DNA of 63,947 bases, the filler included, from an uncultured bacterium (GTDB taxonomy: Bacteria; Hinthialibacterota; Hinthialibacteria; Hinthialibacterales; Hinthialibacteraceae), in assembly GCA_964449065.1 (NCBI GenBank). It is 5 parts of 5 records of this genome, joined end to end, with 100 filler letters (N's around TTAATTAATTAA, not from the genome) between each part and the next. Parts side by side here need not be neighbours in the genome. Positions count along the whole stretch, not along the records: positions 13,825 to 27,365 come from CAYVAZ010000131.1; positions 27,466 to 40,808 come from CAYVAZ010000132.1; 3 more parts are not named here. One strand, written 5' to 3'. Shown piece after piece: positions 19,833 through 33,450 of the stretch. The translations under genes and the position numbers were made by a program. Each line of letters starts with the position of its first letter. Position 1 is the first letter of the stretch. The notes under the pieces were generated by a model. The model was not told where the DNA came from, searched no databases, and saw nothing but the letters and a program-made list of their open reading frames with translations.

Positions 19833-20456
19833 ATGGAATTGATCTTAGACAATCAGACAAAAGAAGTAACCGAGAACGATACCGATACCTTGCGGGATGT
19901 CATTGAGCGTCTTTCCGAAGAGTTGAAACACCAAAACCGCGTCATCAGTGAAATCTATATTGATGGAAAGCAGATCGGCGGTTGGGATGATCCGGAAGTA
20001 GCGAATATGCAGATCGGTTCTTGCAATCATCTTCGCATTATGTCGGAAGAGCCGCGCAAGCTGGCCCACAACGTTCTCTATGATATCGCGGAATACATGC
20101 CCAAACTACAAGAGGCATTGGTCGAAACCTCCAGAAAAATTCAATCGCGGCAAGAGCAAGAAGGATTGATGCTGCTGGAACAAGTGACCGCAACTTGGGC
20201 GGAACTCTTGCAGGGATTGCAAAGCGCCATCATCGTAACCGGCATTGATCTGGATCATATCAGCGTCAACGGAAAACCCTTTGCGGATATTAACGAAGAA
20301 ATCCATGGCTTTTTGGATGAAGCATCCAATCTTGTTCAAACGCAACAGAATTTAGAACTGTCCGATATTTTGGAATATGAAATCGCCCCCCGCATGCCTC
20401 TCGTTGAAGAAGCCATCCATCAAATGATCAAAGCGGTCGAGCAAAAACCGCATTGA
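19833..20456 (+). CDS. Hypothetical protein (C-terminal LSDILEYEI motif)
   Basis: GAGGAGG RBS before ATG 19833; helical, acidic. Confidence 0.75.
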   Translation: MELILDNQTKEVTENDTDTLRDVIERLSEELKHQNRVISEIYIDGKQIGGWDDPEVANMQIGSCNHLRIMSEEPRKLAHNVLYDIAEYMPKLQEALVETSRKIQSRQEQEGLMLLEQVTATWAELLQGLQSAIIVTGIDLDHISVNGKPFADINEEIHGFLDEASNLVQTQQNLELSDILEYEIAPRMPLVEEAIHQMIKAVEQKPH

Positions 20457-20502
20457 CTTGAAATTCACTCAACTTCGCGGGGCCATAAGGATGCGTCCCG
20501 AC

Positions 20503-21510
20503 CTACTTTTCATCATATAAAAAACACTTTACGGAATGATCAGCGTCAAGGCGTATTGTACCACATACTTGGTTGTCACAGGGTTCAAAGCGTTTGGGGC
20601 AACGGGGATGGAAACGGCAGCCGGTTGGAAATTTTGAGGGCACCGGCACATTGCCTTCTATGACTTGCAGCTTTTCTTGCAACGGATCATGGGGCCGGGG
20701 AATGGCATTCAAAAGCCCCTGCGTATAGGGATGAAGCGGATTCTTAAACAATTCATGTACCGGCGCTTCTTCTACAATTTCTCCCGCGTACATAATAGCA
20801 ACTCGATCCGCGGTTTCTGCCACGACGCCAAGGTCGTGTGTAATCAGCAATACCGCTGTTCCCAAACGTTCCTGCAGTTCTTTCATCAAAGCCAAAATTT
20901 GTGCTTGAACGGTAACATCCAACGCGGTCGTCGGTTCATCCGCGATGAGGAGGTCAGGGTCACAAGCCAAAGCCATCGCGATGACAATACGCTGCCGCAT
21001 CCCTCCCGACATTTGATGGGGGTATTCTAACGCGCGTTGCGCCGCGGCAGGGATTTTGACGCGTTCCATCATGTCCACCGCGGCGTTCCAAGCGTCTTTC
21101 CGGTTCATGTTTTTGTGGAGGCGGTAAATTTCCGCAATCTGTTCACCCACTTTAAATACCGGGTTCAGAGCGGTCATAGGTTCTTGAAAGATCATCGCAA
21201 TCCGGTTGCCGCGAATTTTGCGGATCTCTTTTTCTGTAAGTGAAAGCAAATTGATTCCTTCAAATAAAACTTGTCCGGCAACAATTTGAATGGCGGGCTC
21301 GGGAACCAAACGCAGGATGGATAGGGAGGTCATACTTTTCCCGCAGCCCGATTCGCCGACCAGCGCCACGGTCTCGCCTCGGTGAATCTGCAGATTGACA
21401 CCGTCAACCACATTGCCGGAACCTTGTTCGCTATACAAACGGGTGGTGAGTTGGTTTAGGGATAGCAATGGCCGGTCTTCAACCGGCGCGGCCGTTGTGG
21501 ATGCATTCAT
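20503..21510 (-). CDS. Peptide/nickel ABC transporter ATP-binding protein (OppD/DppD family)
   Basis: [40 protein letters not shown]. Confidence 0.93.
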   Translation of the reverse strand: MNASTTAAPVEDRPLLSLNQLTTRLYSEQGSGNVVDGVNLQIHRGETVALVGESGCGKSMTSLSILRLVPEPAIQIVAGQVLFEGINLLSLTEKEIRKIRGNRIAMIFQEPMTALNPVFKVGEQIAEIYRLHKNMNRKDAWNAAVDMMERVKIPAAAQRALEYPHQMSGGMRQRIVIAMALACDPDLLIADEPTTALDVTVQAQILALMKELQERLGTAVLLITHDLGVVAETADRVAIMYAGEIVEEAPVHELFKNPLHPYTQGLLNAIPRPHDPLQEKLQVIEGNVPVPSKFPTGCRFHPRCPKRFEPCDNQVCGTIRLDADHSVKCFLYDEK

Positions 21511-22642
21511 GCGCGATTCGCCGAGCTTCTACTGTCGTATGCTGAATATCTTCCAGGGTATAGTCTAGTATGCCTTGATGGCGTTTCATACATTTTTCCA
21601 AATAAACCGGAATTCTGCCGAAGGGAATTTTTTCGCCCAAAAACGCATACACCAGCTCTTCGTTTGCAACCGAGAGAAAAGCGGGAATCGTCCCTCCGGC
21701 CTCAGCCGCTTCGTACGCCAAACGCAAGCAGGGAAAGCTGGTCAGATCGGGCGGGAAAAACGTCATCTGAGAAATCTCCAACAGATCCAACTTTCGGCCC
21801 GACCGTTCGATGCGTTCCGGATAGGATAGCGCGTATTGAATGGGTGTACGCATATCCGCGTCGCCCAACTGGGCCATTACCGAACCGTCTACAAACTCCA
21901 CCATCGAATGGATAATGGATTGGGGATGAACGATCACATCAATATTTTTGATCGGCACATTAAAGAGATAGTGTGCTTCTATCACTTCCAACCCTTTGTT
22001 AAACAAGGTGGCAGAATCGATGGTAATTTTGGCTCCCATAGACCACGTGGGGTGTTTCAACGCTTGTTCAACCGTTACGTGTTCAAATTCTTCCGGGGTT
22101 TGGCCGCGGAACGGGCCCCCGGATGCGGTGAGAATAATGCGGGATACTTCTGTTTCTTCCCCGCTTTGCAAACATTGCAAGACCGCGCTGTGTTCGCTAT
22201 CAATGGGAATGATTGGTACGCCTTTGTTTCGGGCGGCAGCCATAAGCAGCTCGCCGGCCATCGCCAACACTTCTTTGTTGGCAAGGGCGATATGTTTTCC
22301 GGATTCCACTGCCGCAAAGGTAGGTTCAAACCCGGCAGCGCCTACGGTGGATATGACCGCAACATCCGCTTCACACTCCTCAGCAATCCGGGTCATGGCC
22401 GCCGGGCCAGAGTAAAGGTGAATATCCTTTAAATCATAATGGGCTTGCAACTCTTCCGCCGCATGGGTGTCCGTCACCGCAACATAAGAGGGTTGAAATT
22501 CTTCAATTTGGTTGACCAAAAGATTCATATTTTTACGGGCTGCCAGTCCGAGAACCTCAAACCGGTCATTGTGGGCGCGAACAACATCCAGACATTGTTC
22601 ACCAATAGAACCCGTGGAGCCAAGAATTAAAAGCTGAATCAT
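21479..22642 (-). CDS. dxr: 1-deoxy-D-xylulose-5-phosphate reductoisomerase
   Basis: LGSTGSIG, LANKE, DSEHSA, TASGGPF, HPTWSMGAKITIDSATLFNKGLE. Confidence 0.97.
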   Translation of the reverse strand: MIQLLILGSTGSIGEQCLDVVRAHNDRFEVLGLAARKNMNLLVNQIEEFQPSYVAVTDTHAAEELQAHYDLKDIHLYSGPAAMTRIAEECEADVAVISTVGAAGFEPTFAAVESGKHIALANKEVLAMAGELLMAAARNKGVPIIPIDSEHSAVLQCLQSGEETEVSRIILTASGGPFRGQTPEEFEHVTVEQALKHPTWSMGAKITIDSATLFNKGLEVIEAHYLFNVPIKNIDVIVHPQSIIHSMVEFVDGSVMAQLGDADMRTPIQYALSYPERIERSGRKLDLLEISQMTFFPPDLTSFPCLRLAYEAAEAGGTIPAFLSVANEELVYAFLGEKIPFGRIPVYLEKCMKRHQGILDYTLEDIQHTTVEARRIAHECIHNGRAG

Positions 22643-22725
22643 CGTACTAATTTCGTCTCAATTTCTTTGGAGGTAACTTGCATTTCTTCCCGCCCAGTTG
22701 TCCAATCCAATTTCATCCGTCAGAA

Positions 22726-22771
22726 CCACTATATATAGTATGTAAATCAAAAAATATCAACTATATAGTGT
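22726..22771. promoter_or_regulatory. Tandem NrdR-box-like palindromes
   Basis: CCACTATATATAGTAT (22726-22741) and ATCAACTATATAGTGT (22756-22771) versus consensus acaCwAtATaTwGtgt. Confidence 0.5.
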
Positions 22772-22792
22772 ATCATAAACCGCAGATTCTGC

Positions 22793-22821
22793 TTGACCAA
22801 ACGCATAGAAGCCAATATAAT
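22793..22821 (+). promoter_or_regulatory. Sigma-70 promoter upstream of gyrB
   Basis: TTGACC-17 bp-TATAAT. Confidence 0.7.
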
Positions 22822-23012
22822 ACCAAAGGTGATAAGTACATGAATTATTTTCACTTCAAATCCGGATCAAATCTTGTACTGCAATCTAATTGGTTTCAAA
22901 AACGTTGACCAATTTTTGCCTATCATTTTGCCAATGAAATATCCATTTACAAGAATGGAAAACATTGGATTGGGTCAATACGTTAATCACTATAAATGGA
23001 TTTAAACATTGA

Positions 23013-25541
<2,529 letters not shown>

Positions 25542-25544
25542 GCC

Positions 25545-27365
25545 ATGTATACATTAATTTACTCATTTCACTACGCAATCAAAAAGCAAGGATTTTTTCC
25601 TTGCTTTTCTTTTGTACACACTTTTGTATGGATCGTATTATTGGGATTTTGGATTTTGCGTCTCCCGCTTTCTTCACATTCGCAAGAGACCATAACGAAT
25701 TTTTCATCCCGGCAGCAAATCTGTTTAGAGCAAATCAGTGAGTCGAAATCGACACCGGAGTTTGAACGCTATTTTGCCATGTGCGTTCAAAAAACGAATC
25801 TAAAAGAAGCCAACCGGCACTTAATATTGATGCAACCCGATGAATTAAACTTTGCCCGCTGTACCGTTTTGCTGCGGATTCTTTTACAGGATAACTCGGG
25901 AGAAATATTGACCGACGCAGTCCGCATGGAATTGGAAAATACGGTCGCGAAATATATCCAAGATTCCCTGCCGCTGCTAACCTACCAAAACAACAGTGTG
26001 TTTGAACCGGAAAGTTTGCAGCTCGCCAAAGCCATGATTTTGTATTCTTGGTGTCTGTATACGGAAAGCACTGAAAAAACCTATGAATGGTTTCCAGAAA
26101 AAAAGCGCGGCCAGGTATTGCAAAATCAAGTCAAACGAATCCATAGTTTGTTAGACAATTGGTTAAAGCGTGGGTTTGTCATGCGGGGTTCGCATGAGTA
26201 TTTGGCACTGCTGACCAGCTTATGCAATTTGTATGACCTAAGCAGCGATGAAGAGCTGCGTATCAAATCGGCCGCGTTGGCGGATGTGATTTTATCCGAA
26301 ATCGCGTTGGAGAACATTGACGGTGCATGGGGCGGAGTACGCCAAAATACGCTTACGATGATGTCACCCGTTTCGTTGCAATGGATGTTGTACTTGATGT
26401 TTGGCACACCAATGCCTTCCAATACCCTGAACATTGACCCGGGGATTATTATTTTATGCAATACAAAATATCCGCTGCCCCCTTTGTTGGAGAAAATGGG
26501 CCGAAACCATGAACGCCGGGGTATTTATGAGTTGAAGCACCGCTACTTCACCCAAACCGATACATTGGATAAGAAAGAAGAAGTGAGAAAGTATTCCTAC
26601 ATCACACCCTCTTACATTCTCAGTTCGTTTCAAATGAACAACCAAACCGTCCCCTGGCAGGCGCGGCCATGGGATTTAATGATCGCGGATAAACAACAAA
26701 CGGGCACGCATGTAATTCCCTTTGCCGGCGAGCAGTTGTATAGCGGAAATGATCCCTTATTGGATGAAGAGTATGCGGTTTGGAAGGCCACAAATTTGCA
26801 ATATAAAAACGTGCTGTTTTGCCAGTTTCACAAAGCCAGCCGGCTCAAGCAGTTGGATGAAGTGGATAAGAGCGTTTTGATTCCGAATTTCGAGCAACTG
26901 CCCTCGCGGATATGGATACCGAATTCATTGGCGCCGATTGAATATGAAGACGAATGGCGGTTTATCAACACCGGCAACGTTTTTGTCGCGATGCGCCCCC
27001 TGCCCGGCTCCAGCTACTGGTGGCGCACGGCGGAAGCGGGGGCGGGGAGTGCAGAGACGGCTTCCATATTAAGCTTTCGGGATTTGTACGCCGGCATGTT
27101 GATTGAAGTCGAAGCGGAAAGCGCCCGGATTTCATCCTACAACGAATTTAAGCAGCAAGTGGTGGATGCGCCGTTGGTCATTGATGAGCAGTCGGTCACA
27201 TTTGTTTCACGGCGGGGAGATATTTTCTACTTCCCCCGAAAACCAGGCGGAGAGTTTTTGGTCAACGGCAACCGTATCGATGCGGCAAGCGATCCTGAGT
27301 ATGAGCTGTTTTCCAACCCCTTCATACAATCCGAATGGAACAGCGGTTATTACGAAGCCAAATGG
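25545..27365 (+). CDS. Hypothetical exported/membrane protein, 3'-truncated at contig end
   Basis: More than 600 open codons, hydrophobic N-terminus, starts 3 bp after gyrB. Confidence 0.75.
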
Positions 27366-27465
27366 NNNNNNNNNNNNNNNNNNNNNNNNNNNNNNNNNNN
27401 NNNNNNNNNTTAATTAATTAANNNNNNNNNNNNNNNNNNNNNNNNNNNNNNNNNNNNNNNNNNNN
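27366..27465. other. Artificial contig-join spacer
   Basis: N44-TTAATTAATTAA-N44. Confidence 0.95.
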
Positions 27466-27520
27466 GAGAGCGATTGCTCCCTATGACGCAGTAGCGTAAT
27501 TAGAGGTTTATTCCTCCCGA

Positions 27521-27554
27521 CCCCTCACCCCTACCCTCTCCCGGTGGGCGAGGG
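27521..27554. repeat. REP-like palindrome (CCCTCACCC-CTACCCTCTCCC type)
   Basis: CCCTCTCCC-GGT-GGGCGAGGG hairpin near the contig start. Confidence 0.55.
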
Positions 27555-27620
27555 CGATAGATACAGCGAAAGATTAGAATAACGAGCATATCATTACGTA
27601 TGCGTACATGAGTTACTAAA

Positions 27621-27803
27621 ATGAAACAAGCGCAATTCACCGCAATCATATGGAAAGAACCAGCTGGGTATGTCTCGAAATGTCCTGAATTGGGTGTAGC
27701 CTCATGCGGAGATACCGCGGAACATGCCCTGGAAATGCTCAAAGATGCGGTTGATCTTTATTTGTATCACGCAAAGGATATGAAATTCCACTTTTTTAAA
27801 TAA
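27621..27803 (+). CDS. HicB-family antitoxin-like small protein (orphan)
   Basis: FTAIIWKE..GYVSKCPELGVASCGDTAEHALEMLKDAVDLYL. Confidence 0.75.
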   Translation: MKQAQFTAIIWKEPAGYVSKCPELGVASCGDTAEHALEMLKDAVDLYLYHAKDMKFHFFK

Positions 27804-27810
27804 CTATATT

Positions 27811-28737
27811 ATGGATTTTTCCAAACTCAAACGCACTTCCCTTCATGACCGCAAAAGCATTGTGCGGATGCAGGAACCGTCCTCACCGCCTGCTTCGCCT
27901 GCATCGTTTCAAGACTTTTGGAATTCGCTGCCGCCGTTTTTAAAAGCGGATGATCTTAAAGAATTGGTCAAAGCCATTCAAAACGCAAGAGAAAATAAAA
28001 AGCCGGTCTTACTGATGATGGGTGCACATCCCATCAAGGTGGGGTTAAGCCCGTGGATCATCCAAGCGGTTGAACAGGGGTTCATCACCGCGATGGCGGT
28101 GAACGGCGCCTGTTTGGTGCATGATTTTGAATTGGCATACGCGGGGAACACATCCGAGGATGTGGCGGAGGCGTTGATTGACGGCAGTTTCGGCATGACA
28201 AAAGAGACCGGCATCTTTATCAATGAAACGATATGTGAAGCAGCAAACGCAGACAAAGGAATCGGTAACTTTTTCGGAAACAAGATTGAAGAATCCAGTT
28301 TCCCTCACAAACAGTTAAGCATCTTCGCCGCGGCATCCCGCAAACAAATTCCCATTACCGTGCATATCGCGCTGGGCACGGATGTGATTCACCATCATCC
28401 CGAAGCATCGGGCGAGGCCATCGGCAAAACCAGTATGACCGATTTTCACACCTGCTGCGAAACGGTTGCCGGCATCGGTGATGGAGGAGTGGTTTTAAAT
28501 GTGGGATCCAATGTAATCTTACCGGAAGTGTTTTTGAAAGCGCTAACGGTTGCCCGCAACATCACCGGCCCCATCCACAACTTTACCACCGCCAACTTCG
28601 ATATGATCCAGCATTACCGCCCCAATCAAAACGTGGTGCAGCGCCCCACGTTGGGCGGCGGCAAGGGCTATAGATTCACCGGGCACCATGAAATCATGCT
28701 GCCGTTATTATTTACCGCATTGTTTGAGCGTTCCTGA
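27811..28737 (+). CDS. Deoxyhypusine-synthase-like protein (GSU2086 family)
   Basis: MMGAHPIKVGLSP, NGACLVHDFE, TSEDV...GSFGM, GSNVILPEVFLKAL, GHHEIMLP. Confidence 0.75.
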   Translation: MDFSKLKRTSLHDRKSIVRMQEPSSPPASPASFQDFWNSLPPFLKADDLKELVKAIQNARENKKPVLLMMGAHPIKVGLSPWIIQAVEQGFITAMAVNGACLVHDFELAYAGNTSEDVAEALIDGSFGMTKETGIFINETICEAANADKGIGNFFGNKIEESSFPHKQLSIFAAASRKQIPITVHIALGTDVIHHHPEASGEAIGKTSMTDFHTCCETVAGIGDGGVVLNVGSNVILPEVFLKALTVARNITGPIHNFTTANFDMIQHYRPNQNVVQRPTLGGGKGYRFTGHHEIMLPLLFTALFERS

Positions 28738-28835
28738 TTTCCTGTAAGACCGATTGATGCAAGAATTATTTTGGTTGCTTTTCTCATGAATTAGAACCAT
28801 TCAGGTTTGCGTAGAGGTGCAAAGTGTACATACAT

Positions 28836-28861
28836 GTACCGGCTGGAAGCCGGCGCTACCC
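28836..28861 (-). repeat. GTAG-type REP-like palindrome, family D
   Basis: GTACCGGCTGGAAGCCGGCGCTACCC; 25/26 inverted copy at 54527-54552. Confidence 0.75.
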
Positions 28862-29035
28862 GGCTATTCAATTCTAAAACGCTCTAGCGCTTTTACTCAA
28901 AGCGAAAGAACAAAAGATCATTCGGGAGATGAAACCGTTAATGGATGAAATGATATTCAAAGGCAGATGGTATTCAAAGAATACATATCAAATGGTTTTA
29001 GAGAAAGCCGGTGAGTGCACAGAGCCGGAAAAAGA

Positions 29036-29716
29036 TTAAGGGATAAACTTGTATCCAAACCGGTGCAGGGTAATGATATGCCGGGGGTTTTCCGGATCGT
29101 CTTCAATCTTTTGCCGCAACTTGGCCATGTGGTTATCGACCGTGCGGGTGTTGGGGATGGTTGTATAGCCCCATACTTTTTCCAAAAATTGTTCGCGGGT
29201 AACGGTCTCATTCTCATGTTGGACAAACAAACGCATGATCTCAAATTCACGCGGGGAAAGGTCTAAGTCTTCCCCGTTTTTTGTTGCTTGGTATTCATCA
29301 AAATTCAAATACACCCCATAGAAGGAATACTCATGAACCGGATCCGGCTGCGTTTGGGTGCGGCGTAAAACCGCTTTTACGCGCATCAACAGTTCTTTAA
29401 GGCTAAAGGGTTTGGTGATGTAATCATCGGCTCCCGCTTCAAAGCCTTCGATCTTGTCTTCTTCCGCCCCGCGTGCTGTAAGCATAATGATCGGTGTTTT
29501 ACAGCCATCTTCTTTCAGGCGTTTGCACACTTCAATCCCGTCCATGCCGGGCAGCATTAAATCCAGGATGATTAAATCAAACGGTTCTTTTTGGGCAAGA
29601 CGCAATCCTTCTAAACCATTCGCGGTCACAACCGTATCGTAGCCTTCAAACTCCAGATTGTCCTGCAAGCCGCGGCGCATATCCGGTTCGTCTTCCACTG
29701 CCAACACACGAGTCAT
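29036..29716 (-). CDS. OmpR/PhoB-family response regulator (no adjacent kinase)
   Basis: VEDE, LDLMLPGMDG, LTAR, GADDYITKPF, TRTVDNHMAKLRQK. Confidence 0.95.
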   Translation of the reverse strand: MTRVLAVEDEPDMRRGLQDNLEFEGYDTVVTANGLEGLRLAQKEPFDLIILDLMLPGMDGIEVCKRLKEDGCKTPIIMLTARGAEEDKIEGFEAGADDYITKPFSLKELLMRVKAVLRRTQTQPDPVHEYSFYGVYLNFDEYQATKNGEDLDLSPREFEIMRLFVQHENETVTREQFLEKVWGYTTIPNTRTVDNHMAKLRQKIEDDPENPRHIITLHRFGYKFIP

Positions 29717-29887
29717 ACCGGTTCTCCTTATCTTAATACTATAGCCATTTTAGATTTCATCATCCATTTTCCGAGCATACAATTGGAAAAAATTGTAAAT
29801 TTTTCGGTGAAATAAGTTCCGGTCAACGCTTTCATTCCAACGGATTCTACGGTTTAATAGGAAGGCAAACGAAAACTTGAACATCGG

Positions 29888-31771
29888 ATGGAGGGATGGA
29901 ACGTGTTAGTCAAACTGAGTGGATTCGGCGACGAGATCGCGGAAGATTTTGAAACGCAGCTGGTTGAAATGCGTAAGATGGATATCAACTACATCGCGCT
30001 GCGCAATTTGTGGGGAACCAATATATTAAACTTAAGCCCCGCGCAAAAAAAGAAGGCGCGTGATTTGCTGGCGAAGCATGGTATGGGCTGTTCGGAAATC
30101 GGCTCACCGCTTGGCAAGGTTCCCATCAACAGTTCGTGGAAAAAAGAATGGGCACGGTATGAAAAAGCGATTGAGATGGCGCATTACTTCAACTGCCCGC
30201 GCATCCGCATCTTCTCATTCTATTTCCCGAAAGGCCATACGCCCGAACAGCACCGCGAGACGGTCATGAAGCGTCTGAAAGAAATGACCGACCGCGCGGA
30301 AAAAGAAGGCGTTATTCTGCTGCATGAAAACGAAGACAAGATTTACGGTGAAACCGGTTTGCGCTGTAAAGATATGGCGGAAACCATCAATTCCCCGAAC
30401 TTCCAACTTATATTTGATCCGGCGAACTATGTGTTTAGCGGGACCAAAGCCTTTACCGATTGGTACAAAATGCAGGAGCACTTGATCACGCACATTCACG
30501 TGAAAGATCACGGTTTCGATCACAAGTTTTACCCCGCGGGCGAAGGCGACGGCGAGTTTGAGCCGTTGATGAAAGAATTGGTCAAACGTGATTTTACCGG
30601 TTTTGCCACCATGGAACCGCACTTGGCACGCGGCGGGCAGTTTTCCGGATTTTCCGGACCGGAAAACTTTGCCAAAGCGACCACCGCTTTCCGCAAATTG
30701 TGTGATAAGGTCGGCATGCCGCACCGCCAGGTTCGCGTTGGCGTTGTGGGGATGGGCTTTATCGGTATGTTTCATTGCCAAAGCATGGAACAGGTGGAAG
30801 AAGCCCATTTGGCCGCGGTGGCCGACAGCGGCAAGTCGCCCAACCTCAAAAAAGCGAAAGACCGGTATATGGTTGAAACCTACACCAAACCGGATGATCT
30901 TCTTAAACGCAAAGATATCGACGCGGTAACGTTGGGTACCCCCAGCGGCATTCATGCGGAAGTGGGCGTGAAAGCGGCGACGAATAAAAAGCATGTTCTT
31001 ACCGAAAAGCCGATTGAAATCACATTGGATAAAGCGGATCAATTCATTAAAGCCTGCAAAGACAATAAAGTGAAACTCGGCGTCATCTCGCAGCGCCGCT
31101 GGGATCAAGGCATGAAGGATTTGAAAGAAGCGGTCGATGGCGGTAAACTCGGCAAACTGATTATCGGTGATGCCTACGTAAAGTGGTACCGCTCGCAAGA
31201 CTATTACGACAGCGGCGGATGGCGCGGCACGTGGAAGATCGACGGCGGCGGCTGTTTAATGAACCAAGGCGTTCACACGGTCGATTGCCTGCAATGGGTG
31301 ATGGGAGATGTCGAAAGCGTTACCGCGCAAGCCGCAACGCTGGCCCATAAAAAAATAGAGGTGGAAGACATCATCCATGTCCTATTGAAATACAAAAACG
31401 GCGCGGTCGGATCGATTACCGCATCGACAGCGGTCTACCCCGGTATGGATGAACGCCTGGAAATTACCGGCGACAAAGGCACAATGGTGATGAACAAAAG
31501 CAGCATTACCATGCGCGAAATTATGGGTGAAAAGAAAGCAGAAGCAACCGAAGAAGTGGAACGCGGTTCCGGCGCGGCCGATCCGCAGGCCATCAGCCAT
31601 GAAGGACACATCGCCCAAATTCGCGACTTCTGTATCGCCGTCCGTGATAACAAACAGCCTATGATCAGCGGTGATGACGGCCGCAAACCTCTGGAAATCA
31701 TCCTTGCAGCTTACGAATCAGCCAAAACCGGAAAGACAGTTAAACTGCCATTAAAAACAAAACGGAAGTAA
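29888..31771 (+). CDS. Fusion of sugar-phosphate isomerase/epimerase (TIM barrel) and Gfo/Idh/MocA oxidoreductase
   Basis: N-half LSGFGDE, LLHENE, FDPANY, HVKD, MEPHL; C-half VGMGFIG, HVLTEKP, GGGCLMNQGVH; likely start GTG 29903. Confidence 0.88.
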   Translation: MEGWNVLVKLSGFGDEIAEDFETQLVEMRKMDINYIALRNLWGTNILNLSPAQKKKARDLLAKHGMGCSEIGSPLGKVPINSSWKKEWARYEKAIEMAHYFNCPRIRIFSFYFPKGHTPEQHRETVMKRLKEMTDRAEKEGVILLHENEDKIYGETGLRCKDMAETINSPNFQLIFDPANYVFSGTKAFTDWYKMQEHLITHIHVKDHGFDHKFYPAGEGDGEFEPLMKELVKRDFTGFATMEPHLARGGQFSGFSGPENFAKATTAFRKLCDKVGMPHRQVRVGVVGMGFIGMFHCQSMEQVEEAHLAAVADSGKSPNLKKAKDRYMVETYTKPDDLLKRKDIDAVTLGTPSGIHAEVGVKAATNKKHVLTEKPIEITLDKADQFIKACKDNKVKLGVISQRRWDQGMKDLKEAVDGGKLGKLIIGDAYVKWYRSQDYYDSGGWRGTWKIDGGGCLMNQGVHTVDCLQWVMGDVESVTAQAATLAHKKIEVEDIIHVLLKYKNGAVGSITASTAVYPGMDERLEITGDKGTMVMNKSSITMREIMGEKKAEATEEVERGSGAADPQAISHEGHIAQIRDFCIAVRDNKQPMISGDDGRKPLEIILAAYESAKTGKTVKLPLKTKRK

Positions 31772-31796
31772 CACTATAAATCTTGGAGGATAATAC

Positions 31797-32210
31797 ATGA
31801 GTGACATTACCCTAGCACAGGCCAGAGCGGCCGTGGACGCCGCCCTCGCCAAATCGGAAGAATTAAACGTTAAGATGGATATCGCCATCGTGGATGCGGG
31901 ATGCAACCTGAAAGCCTTCGCGCGGATGGACGGCGCGTGGATCGGTTCGATCGATATCGCGCAAAAGAAAGCCCGCACAGCGCGCTATTTTGATATGAAC
32001 ACGGGCGAAATCGGCAAACTCTCGCAACCGGGCGGAGCGCTCTATAACATCGAGCATTCCAACGGCGGGCTTATCACTTTTCCCGGCGGCGTGCCCATCA
32101 AAAACAAAGCGGGAGAGATCATCGGCGCCATCGGCGTGTCGGGCGATACCGTCGAAAACGACCACACCGTCGCAGAGGCCGGCGCCCAAGCGGCAACCGA
32201 ATTGACTTGA
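31797..32210 (+). CDS. GlcG/HbpS-family heme-binding protein
   Basis: [38 protein letters not shown]. Confidence 0.92.
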   Translation: MSDITLAQARAAVDAALAKSEELNVKMDIAIVDAGCNLKAFARMDGAWIGSIDIAQKKARTARYFDMNTGEIGKLSQPGGALYNIEHSNGGLITFPGGVPIKNKAGEIIGAIGVSGDTVENDHTVAEAGAQAATELT

Positions 32211-32233
32211 TTTTTGGTTCTATCATGAGATTG

Positions 32234-32266
32234 AAAAGAGCTTCCAAAGCGGAGGCTCTTTTTTTT
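32234..32266 (+). terminator. Rho-independent terminator
   Basis: AAAAGAGCTTCC-AAAGC-GGAGGCTCTTTT followed by a T run. Confidence 0.85.
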
Positions 32267-32298
32267 GTTTTTTATGATTTATGCTGTATTCTTTATGT

Positions 32299-33450
32299 AT
32301 GAACCGAACCTCTATTGCTTCATTATTGGTTGTTTTTATTTTCTTCTCTTGTACAGACGTACAAGATTCACCTCCCTCTGTTTCTACAGAAATTCCACCA
32401 AAACAATCCATCCCTAAACTAGACCGAAGCAAACATTCCGTTCCATTGCAGCATATTTTATTTGATACGTTCGGAGGGACTCCAAGAATATTGCCGCTTA
32501 CCGAAGCCAGTGAAGAACAAATCTTAACTTTACGTGACGCGATCCCTCCCCTTCATAATCCAGAGTACCAAACGGCACAAGAAGTGAAATGGCTTAAGCC
32601 GGAAGATTTGGTTGTTGGATATACCCATGGAAAGGAAGCCTGGGCCTTCCCAACAAAGATTTTGAATTTCCATGAGATTGTGAACGATGAATTTGACGGC
32701 CAGCCGTTATGCGTAACCTATTGCCCCCTGTGCCGCAGCGGGATTGTGTACAGCCGGGAAGTGGCGAACCAAATCATAACCTTCGGGAATACCAGCGCAT
32801 TGTATGAATCCGCGATGGTCATGCTGGATTACGAAACCGGCTCATACTGGTGGCAGGTTGGCGGCAACGCAATCGCGGGAACATTAACCGGCGAGGAATT
32901 AAGCGTTTTACCCAGCACCACCACCACTTGGTCCGCATGGAAGGAAATGCATCCCTCCACAAAAGTGCTTTCTTGGTATACCGGCTATATGAGAGATTAT
33001 AACAGAGACGGATTTCAGAACATGGCGCAAGGATTAAATCAGGGCAATTTTTCTTTCCCGGTCAGCAACAAGGCAATGGATGACCGCTTGCCCTTGGGTG
33101 CTGAAGTGTTAGTGGTTCGAGTGGGAGACGAGGTTAAAGCCTATCCGATCGAGCGAATCGGCAATGATGCGGTGCAGGATAGCATCGGGGATCAAGACGT
33201 AGTCATATTTGTTCATGCGGATGAACGAACAGCTGCCGCGTTTGATCCGGTCGTAGACGGTCACAGGTTAACCTTCGAAATGATGGACGGAGCTTTTCAA
33301 GACAACTTGACCCAAAGCGTTTGGAATATGTCGGGGAAAGCCGTGATGGGAGAATGGGCGGGGAAATCATTGCGGCAACTGCCTTCCAAGTATATGTTTT
33401 GGTTTGCCGCCGCGGCATCCGAGTTACAGATCGAAGTATATCAGTCATAA
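32299..33450 (+). CDS. DUF3179 domain lipoprotein
   Basis: Lipobox IFFSC; DAIP, HEIVND, TYCPLC, TGSYWWQ, FWFA. Confidence 0.85.
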   Translation: MNRTSIASLLVVFIFFSCTDVQDSPPSVSTEIPPKQSIPKLDRSKHSVPLQHILFDTFGGTPRILPLTEASEEQILTLRDAIPPLHNPEYQTAQEVKWLKPEDLVVGYTHGKEAWAFPTKILNFHEIVNDEFDGQPLCVTYCPLCRSGIVYSREVANQIITFGNTSALYESAMVMLDYETGSYWWQVGGNAIAGTLTGEELSVLPSTTTTWSAWKEMHPSTKVLSWYTGYMRDYNRDGFQNMAQGLNQGNFSFPVSNKAMDDRLPLGAEVLVVRVGDEVKAYPIERIGNDAVQDSIGDQDVVIFVHADERTAAAFDPVVDGHRLTFEMMDGAFQDNLTQSVWNMSGKAVMGEWAGKSLRQLPSKYMFWFAAAASELQIEVYQS

